NCBI GenBank assembly: GCA_013265495.1
Contig: MU058844.1
Span: 310,001-374,000, forward strand
Length of the DNA stretch: 64,000 nt
Origin: Vicugna vicugna
Lineage: Eukaryota
Direction: 5' to 3'
Under the pieces are notes generated by a model. That model made no database searches. It saw only the letters and a program-made list of their open reading frames with translations, and had not been told where the DNA came from. Each line of letters opens with the position of its first letter. The first letter of the stretch is position 1. A program made the position numbers and the translations under genes. Positions 14,205 to 27,231 of the stretch are shown in pieces.

Positions 14205-14600
14205 GCATGGAATGTGCGCTGGTCATTACTGCCGCTCAGCTCACCGCAGTTTTCTGCTTCTCTCCTCCCTGTGGGCACAGGGAGGACTGGACTGCCTGGC
14301 CCTCTTGTGGTTGGGTGGCACCATTTTGCAGAGTTCTGGCCAATGAGTTGGGGGTAGAAGTGACAGGGCCTTTAAATGCCAACAAGACATCCCTGGATTT
14401 CTCCTATCCCGCTGGCTCCCGCCACGTTTGAAGAGGTGGCTGCTTTGCCAGCCTTGGTTCCAGAATGACTAAGAGAAGAGTTTCCCTGGTGACACATGAA
14501 TGGGTAGAGAAACTGGTGTTATTTTAAGAAATAAACCTTTGTTGTTTTAGGCCTCTGAGAGTTGTCTGTTTTTGCAGCATAACCTAGCTTATTATGACTG
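14205..14600 (+). mobile_element. Old MLT1 LTR relic
   Basis: GTTCTGGCCAATGAG and AGAAATAAACCTTTGTTGTTTTAGGCCTCTGAGA...GCAGCATAACCTAGC. Confidence 0.65.
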
Positions 14601-14986
14601 ACACATTATTCATATAATTTACCCCCAGAGAAAGGAGAGGGGTACTAGGGAAGAGATGGTGGGTTAGGGTTGCCCTGGATAGAGCCCAAAAGGAGATAAG
14701 AGGAAGAGAGGGAAGGTATAAATTCGACTTAAAGAACCCTTCCAAGCTGGATGCCCAAGACTCGGGGAAGTCTTGTATTACTCCTGAAATCAAAGTCCTA
14801 GTACCGCCATAATTACACATTGGGCAGACAAGGTCGTAGCCCTCTGTTAACTACATATGACTCAAAGGTACATGTCCTAGCACACATCACTGAGGGACAT
14901 GCTGGCTGCAGGCCGCAAAGTTTAAAAGCATTTATAAGCTTATTGAGAAAAAGGACAGAAGAGTGGATAAAAGTATGGGATTTTTG

Positions 14987-15292
14987 CCTTTTGCCTCGTT
15001 GTATCTGAGAAAGCAAAATGGGTCACCAGCAGCTGTACTAGAGCCACCCTAGAAAATTCAGCCAGATTTCTCCCTCTTGCCATGTCTGCTCAAACTGGCA
15101 CGGTCTGATCCGGAAATACGGCCTCAATATGTGCTGCCGGTGTTTCCGTCAGTACGCAAAGGATATTGGCTTCATCAAGTTGGATTAAGTGAACATCCTT
15201 GAATGGATCGTCCAGCACATCTACCTTATGCAGCAACAATGCTAATTCCTTGTATATAAAATAAAAATTTCAATTATGAGTGATTAAAAAAA
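14987..15292 (+). pseudogene. RPS29: RPS29 (ribosomal protein uS14) processed pseudogene
   Basis: 15018-15188 reads [55 protein letters not shown]. Intronless; 5' CCTTTT TOP-like start; AATAAA 15260-65; A-tail; TSD AAAAG(T/C)ATGGGATTTTTG at 14969-14986 and 15293-15310. Confidence 0.97.
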
Positions 15293-16999
15293 AAAAGCAT
15301 GGGATTTTTGGAGTCATACAGGGCCGAGTTCAAATCTCAAGCTCTCCCTCTTAAATCAGTCTTAGTGTCCATCTTCTTCACTCTAAAGTGGAGATAAAAG
15401 CAGAACCTACTTCAAAGGTTTGTTGGGAGCACTAATTGAAGTCGTATCTGTAAAGTGTCAGGTGCAGTGCCTGGTATTACAAAATGTTGTAGCTTTTTCC
15501 AGTCCCCTGGAAGCCCAAGAGTTGGCTGGTTATGCAATGACTGCCTCACTGTCGTTTCTTGAACATAACAAATCCATGGCCTACTTCCCCATGCAGCTTC
15601 AAACTGGATCCTGTGGGAGCTTTCAGCCCTTGCCAGGCTCAGTGATGGAGCCCTACCTATGACTTCTGTGCACTCCCACCCTCCTAGGCTATCACGCTCA
15701 GAGGTGTGCTCCACTTTTAAAAGAGATCCAGGAAAATTCAAATATGCAAGATGAATAGATTGGGGCAGGATTATTCATACTTCAAGATTCTTTTCATTTC
15801 ACCAAAGAATCCAAGAATTGCCTTACTACTTTGCAGGTTTATTTCTTTTCTTTAAAGAATTTCTTGATAGACAAAAACAAAACTAAGCTGAATGACTTCT
15901 GGTCTACTAAGGATCAATCAGAAATAAGAAAAATCCATGTAAGTGGGAAAAATGACTTGTGAAAGCATATCCTTTTGCCCACAGTTTTCTGGGAGCACAT
16001 CTAATATGTTGGCCAGGAAGCAAAGACAGACCTCCAGGTCCCTTGACAATGATAATCCATCCGGAGGGACACTGTGATAATGGCTGACACACATCAGATT
16101 CATGTTTCTCCATCACAACCAAGATCTAAAAACCCAAGTCCAAACCCTGTGATTATAGGGTAGTACTCAAAGATCCACAGCCATGAGAAAACACAAAATT
16201 CTTCTAACTAGGATAAAAATGGAGTCAGCTGACTCCAGCTGTGAAAAAGTGCAAAGTTAAGAGGAAGTTATTATTTTTTCAAAATAAATGAGAATATATC
16301 ATGGCACAGAGGCAAACTCTACACTACAATTTAAGTCAAAATTGAGATGCCACAGAAACACAGAGCTCGCTCCCCTCTGGCCATGCCCACCCCAATGGAG
16401 AGAGATTGCTTTTGCATCTGGGCTCTCAGGTAGGCCAGTGGAAGGGACCAACAAGCATGAAGGTGCCAAAAGGCCCTGAGAGTCAGTGTTTGGTCCAAGA
16501 TCAAACAACCAGAAGACACTAAGTTTTCCAATTCCCAGTTCAAGGTTTTGCCCGCTGCAGCACAACTTCCTCCTTTCCTGAGAATAGAATCTGCCACTTA
16601 CCTCAACCTGCCTGTTGAGGAAGCTGGCTTTCGAAGGGAAGCACGTGCCTAGGGGACCTGAAGCCCCAACCTCCAAGGCAAATGTGAGCCTGCGGACAAG
16701 GAAAGGGAGTCGATGTCTGTACCCTCCCCCTAATCTTCTCCCAAGCCACTCCCTCCTTCCCACCTCGTCACATCTAGCCACTCATACTTAACCCGTCTCC
16801 TTAACTCCGCTCTTGCTTTGTTCCAAGTCATTTTCCAAAGGGCCCCTCTAGAGGGATCATATAAAACACAAAACTAGTTCAGTTACTCTCCCATTTAAAA
16901 AGCTTTTATCTACTGCCATCCAGATAAAAATCCAAGCTCTTCAGCAAGGCCTACAAGATCTGCCCCAACTCACCTCTACCTCCTCTTCAACTTTTGGGA

Positions 17000-17498
17000 T
17001 GTTGCAGTAAAGTGTGTTACAGCTCAGTTACAGCTCAGTTGTGACAGCAACCTGGATCCTGGGGAGAGACCAAGCAGCACTCGGAGAGTTGGAGAGCTCA
17101 GGTTTATTATGCCAGCGGGCCCAGAGGAGTTAATACTCCAAGCTTTGGACCCCGTCTGTAGGTTTATACAGGCTTTTATAGGCTGCCAGTCTACACTTTG
17201 CAACATCATATGCAAATAAGGTGTAACAAAAGTTGACTAATTAGGAACAAGCTTTATAGAAATGGACCAATCAGGAGTGAGCTCCATGTAAATGAAGTGC
17301 TACAAATGGACCAATCAGGACTTAACTCAGGGAACCAATAGACTCTTAGGGGTAAGTTCCACTTTCTTAGAAGTAAGCCTTTTCAGAGGCAAAAAGCAAG
17401 ATACTGCTGCTGGGCCAGGGAACCGGATGGTTCTGGCAGGAGAGTCATGGCCCTGCCTGGGGGTCCTGCTGGTCTTTTTCATGGGGCTTCCCACCTCA
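17000..17498 (-). mobile_element. ERV solo LTR (ERV1-like, 4-bp TSD)
   Basis: TG...CA termini; TSD GGGA at 16996-99 and 17499-502; minus-strand TATAAAA 17180-74 and AATAAA 17108-03; duplicated AAATGGACCAATCAGGA at 17260 and 17304. Confidence 0.9.
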
Positions 17499-18472
17499 GG
17501 GAGAAAGATCTTCCTCACTGAAGGTCTAGAGACTCCTTTCTGCCCTTTAATACTCAGATGCAAGGCAGATTCCTCTGAGGTCTTCTCTAACTCCTCAAAG
17601 CAGGTTGATGGCACCTTGTCCGTAGGTAACTATTACTGCCTTTATCATGGCGTCTCACAGTAAGTTGTTCATGTAGTTAAAGCGCCTACACAACGTGGTG
17701 TCCTGAGATGCAGAACTGGGCTTCAGAGCCCAACAAAAACCTGGACCTGAACCCTGACTTCCTTACTCACCGGGCAGGATATTTTCTCTCTCCAAGCCTC
17801 AGTGTCATTTGCAATAAATGGGGAAATACATACCTTACCAGTTTGTTGGGAGGACTAAATGGAATGACAATGCAAGGCAGAAAACATATTTGATGGCTTA
17901 AGAAATGTTAGTTCCCCTCCTCTCCATCCCTTCCCATGGGCTATAAGCGTTCCCTTCATGCAACAACATTGTTTTACTCTTTTGTATTCTTGGTGAATAA
18001 TACAGTAGGCACTCAATAAACGTTGACAAAAAAATGAAAGGCAGGAGAGGGAGGGAGGAAAGCAGGTGAGGAGGAGAGGAGGGAGAAAGAAAGAAGGAAA
18101 TTAAATAATGAAATGAATGAATGAAGCTAGAAGCAAAATGAGACCCTGATCTGTTAGTGCTACAAAAGTTGATGTATACACGAGTCATATGAGTTTGAGA
18201 ACGTCCTATCCTTCCCTACTAATAAACTCTGAAAGGATATCAGTAGATATTGTGTAACTAGGAAAAGACACCGATCAAAAGACTGGCAGATCTACCAGCA
18301 GAAGGCAGTGTAGCCCAATATAGGATTAGCACACATACTTAAAAAAAAAAATTCCCCAAATAGCTCATTCCTACTATGTTCTAAGTGCTGGACTTAATAC
18401 AAAGAAGGATACAAATAAACTGATCTTACTATAGTGAGGCCTCAGTTATTGAGGACGATGTAACACCTAGAT

Positions 18473-18672
18473 CTGTGGTGTGTTGTTGAACCAGAGGGGA
18501 GAAAAGAAGCCTTACTTTATAGCGTCTGCCAATTTCTGCCAATTTCTATAGTGTGCCGATACTCCCTTCATGGGTGACTTCGATCTACTAACGATATATT
18601 CATAATAACTTAGCTCACAAAATCTCTGAAGTATTTAACAATTGGGTCACAGGAGCCCTCAGCACACCACTG
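18473..18672. mobile_element. hAT MITE (MER63-like)
   Basis: Imperfect TIRs CTGTGGTGTGTTG / CAGCACACCACTG. Confidence 0.6.
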
Positions 18673-19039
18673 ATTCTCCATCCCTCTTAATTTTCTCATT
18701 CTTGCCAATTTTTAGTCACTTTGATAATTATTAACATTCTTATTGCCTGATGGACAAAGAAAATAAAATGAGAGAACAGCTGGGTTTTCTGTCCACAGTT
18801 CTAGTAAAGGAGACTGAATGGGGAGAAGGTCGAAACTGTTATAGATGTGTGTACAGGTTTCAATTATCCCCATTCTCTCTGCCCCTTATTACTGCAGATA
18901 ACTGAGAAGATACCCTAATCAAATGCGTAAAACACAAACATGTTTTCTGATCAAATATAGAATCAATGGCCACAACCTGAAAATAGAAATGAGGCAAAAG
19001 AAGCTATGTTAGAAACCTGAGAAGCAAGGGTCAAGTTCA

Positions 19040-19976
19040 TTAAACGGCAGAGGGGGATAATGGACAGAGGACCTGAGTAGACGTTTTTCTAAAGAAGACT
19101 TACAGATGGCCAACGGACACATGAAAATATCCTTAACATCACTAATCATTAGGGAAATACACATCACAATCATAACAAGATACCACTTCACACCTCTCAG
19201 AATGGCCATCATTAAAAATACAACAAATAACAAGTCTTGGCAAGGATGTGGAGCAAAGAAATCTCATGCACTATTGGTGGGAATGTAAATTGGTGCAGCT
19301 GCTATGGAAAACAATACGGAGATTTCTCAAAATTTAAAAAATGCAACTACCACATGATCCAGCAATTTTTCTTCTGGGTATTTACTCAAAGAAAACAAAA
19401 ACACTAAACTGACCAGATACATGCACCCCCATGTTTGTTGCAGCATTATTTACAGTAGCCAAGACATGGAGGCAACTGACGTATCCTCAATGGATGGATA
19501 AAGAAAATGTGATACATATATACACAATGGAATACTATTTAGCCATTAAAAAAGAATGAAATCTTTCCATTTGTGACAACATGGGTGGACCTTGAGGGCA
19601 TTACAGTAAGTGAAATGAGTCAGAGGAAAACACCATGGTCTCACTTATATGTGGAATCTTAAAACAAAACAAACAAACAAAACAAAATGCAAACAGATCC
19701 ACAGATACAGAGAACAGCTGGATGGTAAAGGAAGGAGATGGGCAGAGTGGGTGAAGGGAATTAAGAGGTACAAACTTCTAGGTATAAGTCAAGGGGCTGT
19801 GATATACAGCATAAGGAATATGGTCAATAATACTGTAACAACTTTGTAGGGGAACAGATGGTTACTCGACTTACTGTGGAGATCATTTCAAAATGTATTT
19901 AAACGTCGAATCGCTATGCTGTACACCTGAAACGAATGTAATATTGTACATCAACTATACTTAAATTTTTAAAAAG
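19040..19976 (+). mobile_element. L1 3' end (ORF2 C-terminus + 3'UTR)
   Basis: [20 protein letters not shown]...[13 protein letters not shown] matches L1 ORF2 C-terminus; L1MA-type 3'UTR. Confidence 0.9.
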
Positions 19977-22900
19977 ATGACAGAGGGAATGTTAAAAAGG
20001 GAAGTCAAACAACTCCCCCGGGCAGCAATGACATGGGAAATATTTTTCTGAATGTAAAGATCACAGCAGCTCTCTAGACCAAAATCTAAGCAGGAAGAAG
20101 CATACGGAAATAACAGAAGGGAAAATCGTTTAGCAAAATGTTAATTTTTATCTTAACATGGTTGGAAACCGGGGAGATATAAATTTTGTGAAATTCTTTG
20201 ACAGAGTCCCACTCTCTCCGCCCGCAAGAAAGGGGCTCCTCAGGAGGTATTTATGCGAGACGGACCAGGGAGGTAGCTGGCAGTGTTTCCTTTCCTCTCT
20301 CTAGGATGCTGGTGTGCCTCCCCTTCCCTCTGTTCCTAACAGAAGCAGCACCACATGAGCAATACTTCACAAAGGGTACTCCTGATCCTTGGGGCAAGTC
20401 AGAGTTCCTGCAAGTTAAGGATGTAGTTCAGAGTGAGAGTTTCTGTCAAAGCAAGTTTTATCTTTATGGCTCAAGTAAATGTCTATTGCCATGAACCCCA
20501 TTCTCTGTGATGACACTCGTGTGACGCAGCCTCTCTCGTTGACAAAGCTCCCGAAGACATAAGAAGGAAAACCCAGGTTTACTCCGTAGTTTCAGCTTCC
20601 TTACTATCTAGGCATCTGGGACTCCTGGGCTTTGGAGAAGCTACTGCAGCAACAGCTGTTACTTTACTTTAGTAATAAAGTTAAGTAACCTGAACTCAAG
20701 CCACATAGAGGAAAAAATTAGAAAAATCAAAAATATGTGAAGATGAGAATACAAGGAAACCATGCCTACGTAGGAGGAGAAAAATGAAACTATCACAGAA
20801 TCATTTTTTCGGAAGATACCCAGAAGGGAAGGAACAGAGGGTGTTTCCATTCCATTCAAACGAAGGGCACCTTAGTGAAGAGGCAGCTTCTGACACGTTA
20901 CATTAAAAGACAAAAATGTGCCCATGACAGAAGTGTGGCAGTTGGGAATGGCTACTTGCTTTACACCCTGAAAGGAATCAAAGAAAGGGACGAAGAGACA
21001 TTTACCCTTACAGTATCCAAACTCAAGGTGAAGGGAATTAACTCGCTTTCTTTGGCGTATAATATGGTCAGTGGGGCTGTAAGATGAGCTAACAGGGTAA
21101 GGAAGAGAGTAAAGTAGGACAGAACTGAGCCATGAGGCCCAGAAGGAAGAGTGGACTTCCCTGGTGAGGGCCGGAGCTGGGCATCACGGGCATCGGGCAT
21201 TGCCGGCTGTGTATGAGTCTCATCTGGCAGAGGCAGAAATGAGGTCACAAAACAGCACGGATGGCAGGGTTTCGATTTTAAAACAGCAAATAGATTAGAA
21301 ACATTGAGAAATGGAAATTAACAGAAAACCCTGATGTGGATCAAGGCATCACGAAAACCAGCAGAAGCTGATTTTTCTGGATTCGGTGGATGGAGCTGAG
21401 AACCGGGAATTAGCCCACAGCCTATTCCCAAGGCCTGCCATCTAAATTTTAGAGGAAGGAAAACGTGATGTTCAGAGAACTGTAGGGTTTACAGGGTAGC
21501 CAGAGAAGAGTACCGACGACTGAAACAAAGGGCAGGAGGGTGCAGCTTTTACAAATACTAAACCTGAGATTAAGGTGTCTGTGTTCCAACACGAACTCCG
21601 CCTGGACTTGCTGGGCCGAGGGTGTGTGTGTTTGGGTGCACGCCAATCTCCTGACCGCCCGGGTCTGCGTGTCTTCCTTAGTAAAACCTCAAAACTAAAC
21701 TATTTCATCTGAAACGTGCTTTCGAGCTTTAAAGTTTAGGAAGTGAAAAACTGGGAGAGGAGAAGACAAGCCTCTTAGTAAATGAAAGGCCTAGAATGGA
21801 TGACAACACCTTTTTTGCTCCAAAGGCTGCAGAAGACCTCTCAGAGACAAGACAGGTCTCAGTGCAGCTGTTAGATGTCACCACAGCCATTCAACCCCCC
21901 CCACCCTCCTGTGCCTGAACCCACAGCAGAGAAGGGCACCGCCTGATCTCCGGACATTCCATCCCGTGGATTATTTGATGACGTCTCTGTCTCCCACCCT
22001 CCTACCAGGGTACAATTTTCTAAAAGCAGAGAAAATCCTTCCCAAGAAAATAAACACTCCCAAACAACTGTCCCATTCTGTTACCTATTTGGATTACATA
22101 ATTGCTATGAAGTCAAGACTTTCTTACTGACACGCCAGAAAAGACCTCTCAGCTCATACACTGAACTGCCTTTTCTCCACTGTCCAAGGCCCTAAAAATC
22201 TCCAAGTCCCTAAAAAGCAGTCCCCAATGCCCACTGTGATGGAAACAAAAATTCCACCGCCTCAACTCTGCTCAGAATGGAAACCCAGATCGAAATATTT
22301 TACATCCATGGGGAGATAGAAGATCTGTATACTATATTCTTCAACAATAACAGTAATACATACCTTTACTGATGCCCCAAACTGCCCTTCATAGAATGGA
22401 GAACACTGGATATGTTTTCTGGTTCTGTTGAGGTTAATTTAGACAAGTGTACAATCTTAACTATTCTGTCTGGCCAATCTGTAAAATGGGGCCACTGATA
22501 ATCGGTAAATGGCATCATTTACCAGTCACCAGGAAAAACAGTTAACCCCCTCCTGACCTAACCCTGAACTAGAAAAAAAACCACTAGGCCAAGCTGACTC
22601 AAATCCCACAGAGCACAACGCTAATTAAGACACCTATACTTTTCTGATTGGAGGCAGCACTAAAAAGGCTGAGGTTTCCTTTCACTGCCTGCTCTGACTT
22701 GTTCGTCTGGATCAATGTAGAAATAGCAGCAATTTGCTCTTTGTAATTCCTCTCCAGGAATAAAAAGGGCTAGGATATTCCTGGAATGCCTCCTTACTCA
22801 CAAATCAGAAGGCATACCTCCTAGAGACACTGTACTTCGCTCTGTTTGGTCCATGTGGAGATTAAATGAGATAATGCATGGAAAGCGCTGAGCAAGAATC

Positions 22901-23749
22901 TGGCACACAATAGACAATAAATCAATGATGTTAGTAATTGTTATACACACATACACAAAACCAAAACCAAAACCAAAACAAAAAAAAAGGGAGGACTGTT
23001 TCCTGATGCCTATCAGCTTACTTGCAATAGGGAGGATTGAAACATAGGCAATAATAGTTTCACACCACACCCCAGAGATGTCTTTGCCGTCCTCTGGTTT
23101 TCTTGTAATTGGTCCCTTGCTAGTAATCATGAAGAACTTTCGACAGTGCCACAGGTAGTCACTCCCCACTCTCCACCTCTCAATAACAGCAGCAGCAGAA
23201 GGTTTGGAACAATGAGAAGAGAAATGCAAAAGACCTTAAAGAAATTCCACAAAGCCCCTTGGCACTGATCATGTGGAAGTTTTGCCAGAAAAGTCAAATA
23301 TCCCACGCTAAATCAGGGTTGTTGGTGGAGAAAAAGGGTAACTAAAGCACAGACGCTGAACAACCAATGGAAAGATTATCTCCCCGTCAGAAACCAAACC
23401 CTAAGAGTCTAGTTCTTCTGTAAATTTTAGGCTACAGATAAATTCTTCCTAAGGCACACCTAGCAATCTCTTGTGTTTGGCTCTGCTGTTTGGACACGCA
23501 TAGTTATGTTTTCCTTCCAGGCACAAAACCGGTTTTCAAGAGCTTCATGAAAATATTCACATTTTTCATGATACGCGATAAGCACGTTTTACTATAACTG
23601 AATTTTCTAATTCGCTTGGGGCACCTTCCCAGTGACGCACCAGAGTATACAGCTGTGCAGGACGTTTCTTTTTTTTAAGGTGGAAAAATGAATAACGTCT
23701 GGACTCCAGAAAACATGGTATATTTGCAACAGTCATGAGACTGTGGCTA

Positions 23750-25114
23750 AAAAATGGCCATAAAACTTTTATTTTTCATCTTGTACTGTGTCCACTCAAC
23801 CTATAAAGGGCCATGTCACAATTTTTGTAGTTTCTAAACCAGGTTTTTGTAAACACAGAGGGCATTAGTGTTACCCCTATTCAACTTGTAAAAGACCAGG
23901 CCACTTGGCAATTCTTGTAGTTTCTAAACCATGCTTTCCAAAATGCAAAGGACAAGGGTGATCCGTCGCTTTAGGAAAGGGCAAGTAACATTCTACCTCT
24001 GGCTGAGGATCTCGCTTATTTCACTCGACCTAAGTTTTTATGGCAACCCTCTATTACTAGGAAAGTGTATGTCCCCTGCCATTCAAAGTAATAAGTGCAA
24101 CTTGTAAAAGTCAGGGTTTTTTTTTATTTGATACATTCTAATCAAATGGTAACAGCAGTAAATAAACACTTTGAAAAACAGGCAGGTATTCCCCCTAGAT
24201 CTGGAAGAAAATTAGGTCAAAATATTCTACATGGTAGAAGGGAGACAACTGCTGATGTCCATGGTTAGACCACTTGGAAATTTCTAAAGCCACTGCAGAA
24301 AAATCAATGGCAACAGGTGGGGACACAGTTACTTCAGGGGTAAAATGTCTCTATCTACATGGTTTTATTAACAGGGATTGAGTTGCACCTGTATAGCATG
24401 ACATTCTTGTCTTTAGCCTTAGAGGAAAAGATAAAGTCTTTTCCGTTTGCACCAGTTTGAAAATGTTCTGAAATAAGGCTCCCTTGAAATGGATTACTAC
24501 AGTACTCATCCACATGAGAGAGTTCATACATGTAGTAAAAAGACAAATACAGGATTTCATGGTCACTTTTTTGGTTGATTTGGTTAATTGCATAAAATGA
24601 AGGATAAATACTCACAAGCATATCTGTTTAACAAAACTCCTAAGTACACCAGAATGCAAAATATCCAAAGTCCTAAAATAGATTCTGATCACCAGGCATA
24701 CAAAACTGAAGTTAAGCCGGTGTCAGTCTGGTTCCTTCCACTTCTTCAGCACTCCCAAGCAGAGCTCTTTCTCTACTACTGGCGCTGGGACACTGCGCCT
24801 AACAGGAAGGAACCTCAGAAAGGCAAAGTGTTCTGATAAAACGTTCCTTCAGCCTTTACTTGGGACATTTGACTTTTAGCTTAAAAGGATCAACTGGTCT
24901 TGGTGAGCCTTAGGAAGGGAAGCATCACTCAGGTAAAAATATTTAGGGGACTTATAAATATCTAGCTACCTCACCACACATTTAAATTAGATTGACTTCA
25001 GCTGTTCTGAGAATTCCACGTAGTTATCCAGAGCCGTCTCTCAAGTTTTGGTTCTCTTACATAGCTGCATTCGGAGATACTCTATAGGAGGCATGTTTAG
25101 AAAAAGAGAAACAC
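23750..25114 (-). other. SOCS2: SOCS2 3'UTR with alternative poly(A) signals
   Basis: Repeat-free sequence after the stop; minus-strand AATAAA at 24369-24364, 24128-24123 and 23773-23768. Confidence 0.7.
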
Positions 25115-25572
25115 TTATACCTGGAATTTATATTCTTCCAAATAATCTTTTAGTCTTGTTGGTAAAGGCAGTCCCCAGATGGTACCAGTACATTTGTTAA
25201 TGGTGAGTCTACAGAGATGCTGCAGAGGTGGTGCTGATGTGTAGAGCGGTTTGGTCAGATAAAGGTGAACAGTGCCGTTCCGGGGGGCTTCTGGGCCCGT
25301 CCGCTTATCCTTGCACATCTGAACATAGTAGTCGATCAGATGAACCACACTGTCAAATTGTTTAAGCTTGGACTTGACACATATGATAGAGTCCAATCTG
25401 AACTTCCCATCTTGGTATTCGATGCGAAGATTAGTTGGTCCAGCTGATGTTTTAACAGATATTGTTAGTAGATAGTCCGAATGCGAACTATCTCTAATCA
25501 AGAAAGTTCCTTCTGGTGCCTCTTTTAATTTCTCTTTGGCTTCATTAACAGTCATACTTCCCCAGTACCAGC
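25115..25572 (-). CDS. SOCS2: SOCS2 last coding exon (SH2 domain + SOCS box)
   Basis: Translates (G)WYWGSMTVNEAKEKLKEAPEGTFLIRDSSHSDYLL...LQHLCRLTINK...LPLPTRLKDYLEEYKFQV*. Acceptor AG at 25574-25573 follows a long polypyrimidine tract; TAA at 25117-25115. 458 nt. Confidence 0.99.
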
Positions 25573-27231
25573 CTGGGGTTTTTGTTCAAAAAAAAAAAAA
25601 AAGGAAAGAAACAAAGAAAAGAGGGTAAAGTAGTTATTATAGAGAATTTTTAAGATAGAGCAAGTACTTGGCAACAATTTTTCTAGCCCTAAAAAGAGGT
25701 TTGCAAGTGAAAGTTTCCCAGAGGCTACCATAAATACTTTCTGTAGAAACTGAATGAAAACATAGGTCCATTTTCTTTTCCCAAACTGTGAGCCAGTTTT
25801 CTTTTTAAAAAAGTAACTTTCTGTAGCTGTTCTTTAAACTCTCTTAAGATTTTTCTCCTAAGGAAACAAAAGAATGTTTGCAATATGACACACTGGCTGT
25901 CCAAGACTGATGCTCCTACACTATTCAAGCAAATCAAAGATTTAAAGTAAACTAGAAATAAAAGCCATGCCCTTAAAAAGTGGAAAACCCAATTCCTGTA
26001 ATTCCAACAGAGTAAAAACAGAAACAACCTTTTGGATGGTTGGTGTCCACCCCCACTCTCCCTAAACCTGTTAATGACTTGCATACATCTCATTTCAAAG
26101 CCCTGGAAAGCACCACTATTTACTGGTTTTAAACGTGCAGTTCTAGAACAATAGCTTCTGTTTGCTGTTTTGACTACAACTACCTTATCAGCCATTGAGA
26201 AACGAGAAAGCCCAATTGATAACTAGTACTTCAAGTTTACAATCTTCCATAAACTCTTGGGACTTTGCCCTAATCCAAATCCAATCAAAACCGTCGGTCA
26301 CCCCAGCATTCTCTGCCTGCACCTCCTCCCTGGCCCATCCAGTCTTCAAAAAGGACTTATCGACCTTTTGCCTTTTAAAAGTTTGAACAATGGTCCTTCA
26401 CCTCCCCCAACCCCCACAAAGAAAATTGCTGGGATACCTGCAATCTGACGGTTCCTCCCGCTGGGGGAAAGCCCGTGGCCTGCACGGAAAGACCGGAACC
26501 GCAAGTGAAGGGACTTTTCCCTCTCCCTAATGCTACCAAAACTTCAACTTTGCCCCAAACGTAAGTTTTTAGGATCCAGATTTTGAAAGTCTGCATGGTC
26601 TGCCAGAATTTTTTTTTCAATCTTTTCTTCTGTCAGATGCCGAGAGACCACAGCGTAAAGCGCAAGAATGCACGTAAAACAAGCAAGGCCACTCTCGGCG
26701 GGGGATTCTCAGTCCGCGCTCCTCCGGCCTCTGTGGCAGCCGCCTGCGCGGCAATCTGTCCGTCCCTGAACTTGGTCGCCAAGATTCCAGGCTGCAGCGG
26801 CTGCCCGGCCCGGGAGCCGGATGCAGCTGAAGCTGCTGGCAGCGCAGCGCCCATTCGCCGCCCTCGCACCCCTCGGACAGGAAAAGCGTCGGGCACTATC
26901 TGCGGCTAGGGTCTGGGCCCGAGTGCCGAACCCCAAGCAGCCGCGGTAAATAGTTAAGGTTCCACAGCCCTAAGAGGCGATTTCCCAGGAGCGACTCTCG
27001 TGCTCTACACTCCCCTAGGCCTCTGAGTGCCTCGAGAACCACTTTTCTTTCGCATTCCCAAGGATCCAGGGCCGTGCGGGCATCCTCTTCGCAGTCCCCC
27101 GCCCTGCGGAGGGGAAGGGAAGCGATTGCTTCCCACGTCGGCCCCACTTCCCAGCCTCTCCAGCACAGCCTCAGCCGCGTCTCTGGGGAGGCGCCCCCTC
27201 TCGCACGCGTCGCGGCCAGTCCGCTCCATAC

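Noticed and set aside
16299..16781. 160-aa minus-strand ORF (also 25725-26195 and 22798-23229)
   Set aside because: No recognisable domain, codon pattern or exon structure; the 25.7-kb one lies in the SOCS2 intron.
25115..25555. 146-aa ORF as a standalone gene
   Set aside because: It starts at internal Met53 of SOCS2; the exon extends to 25572 and splices to the upstream exon.
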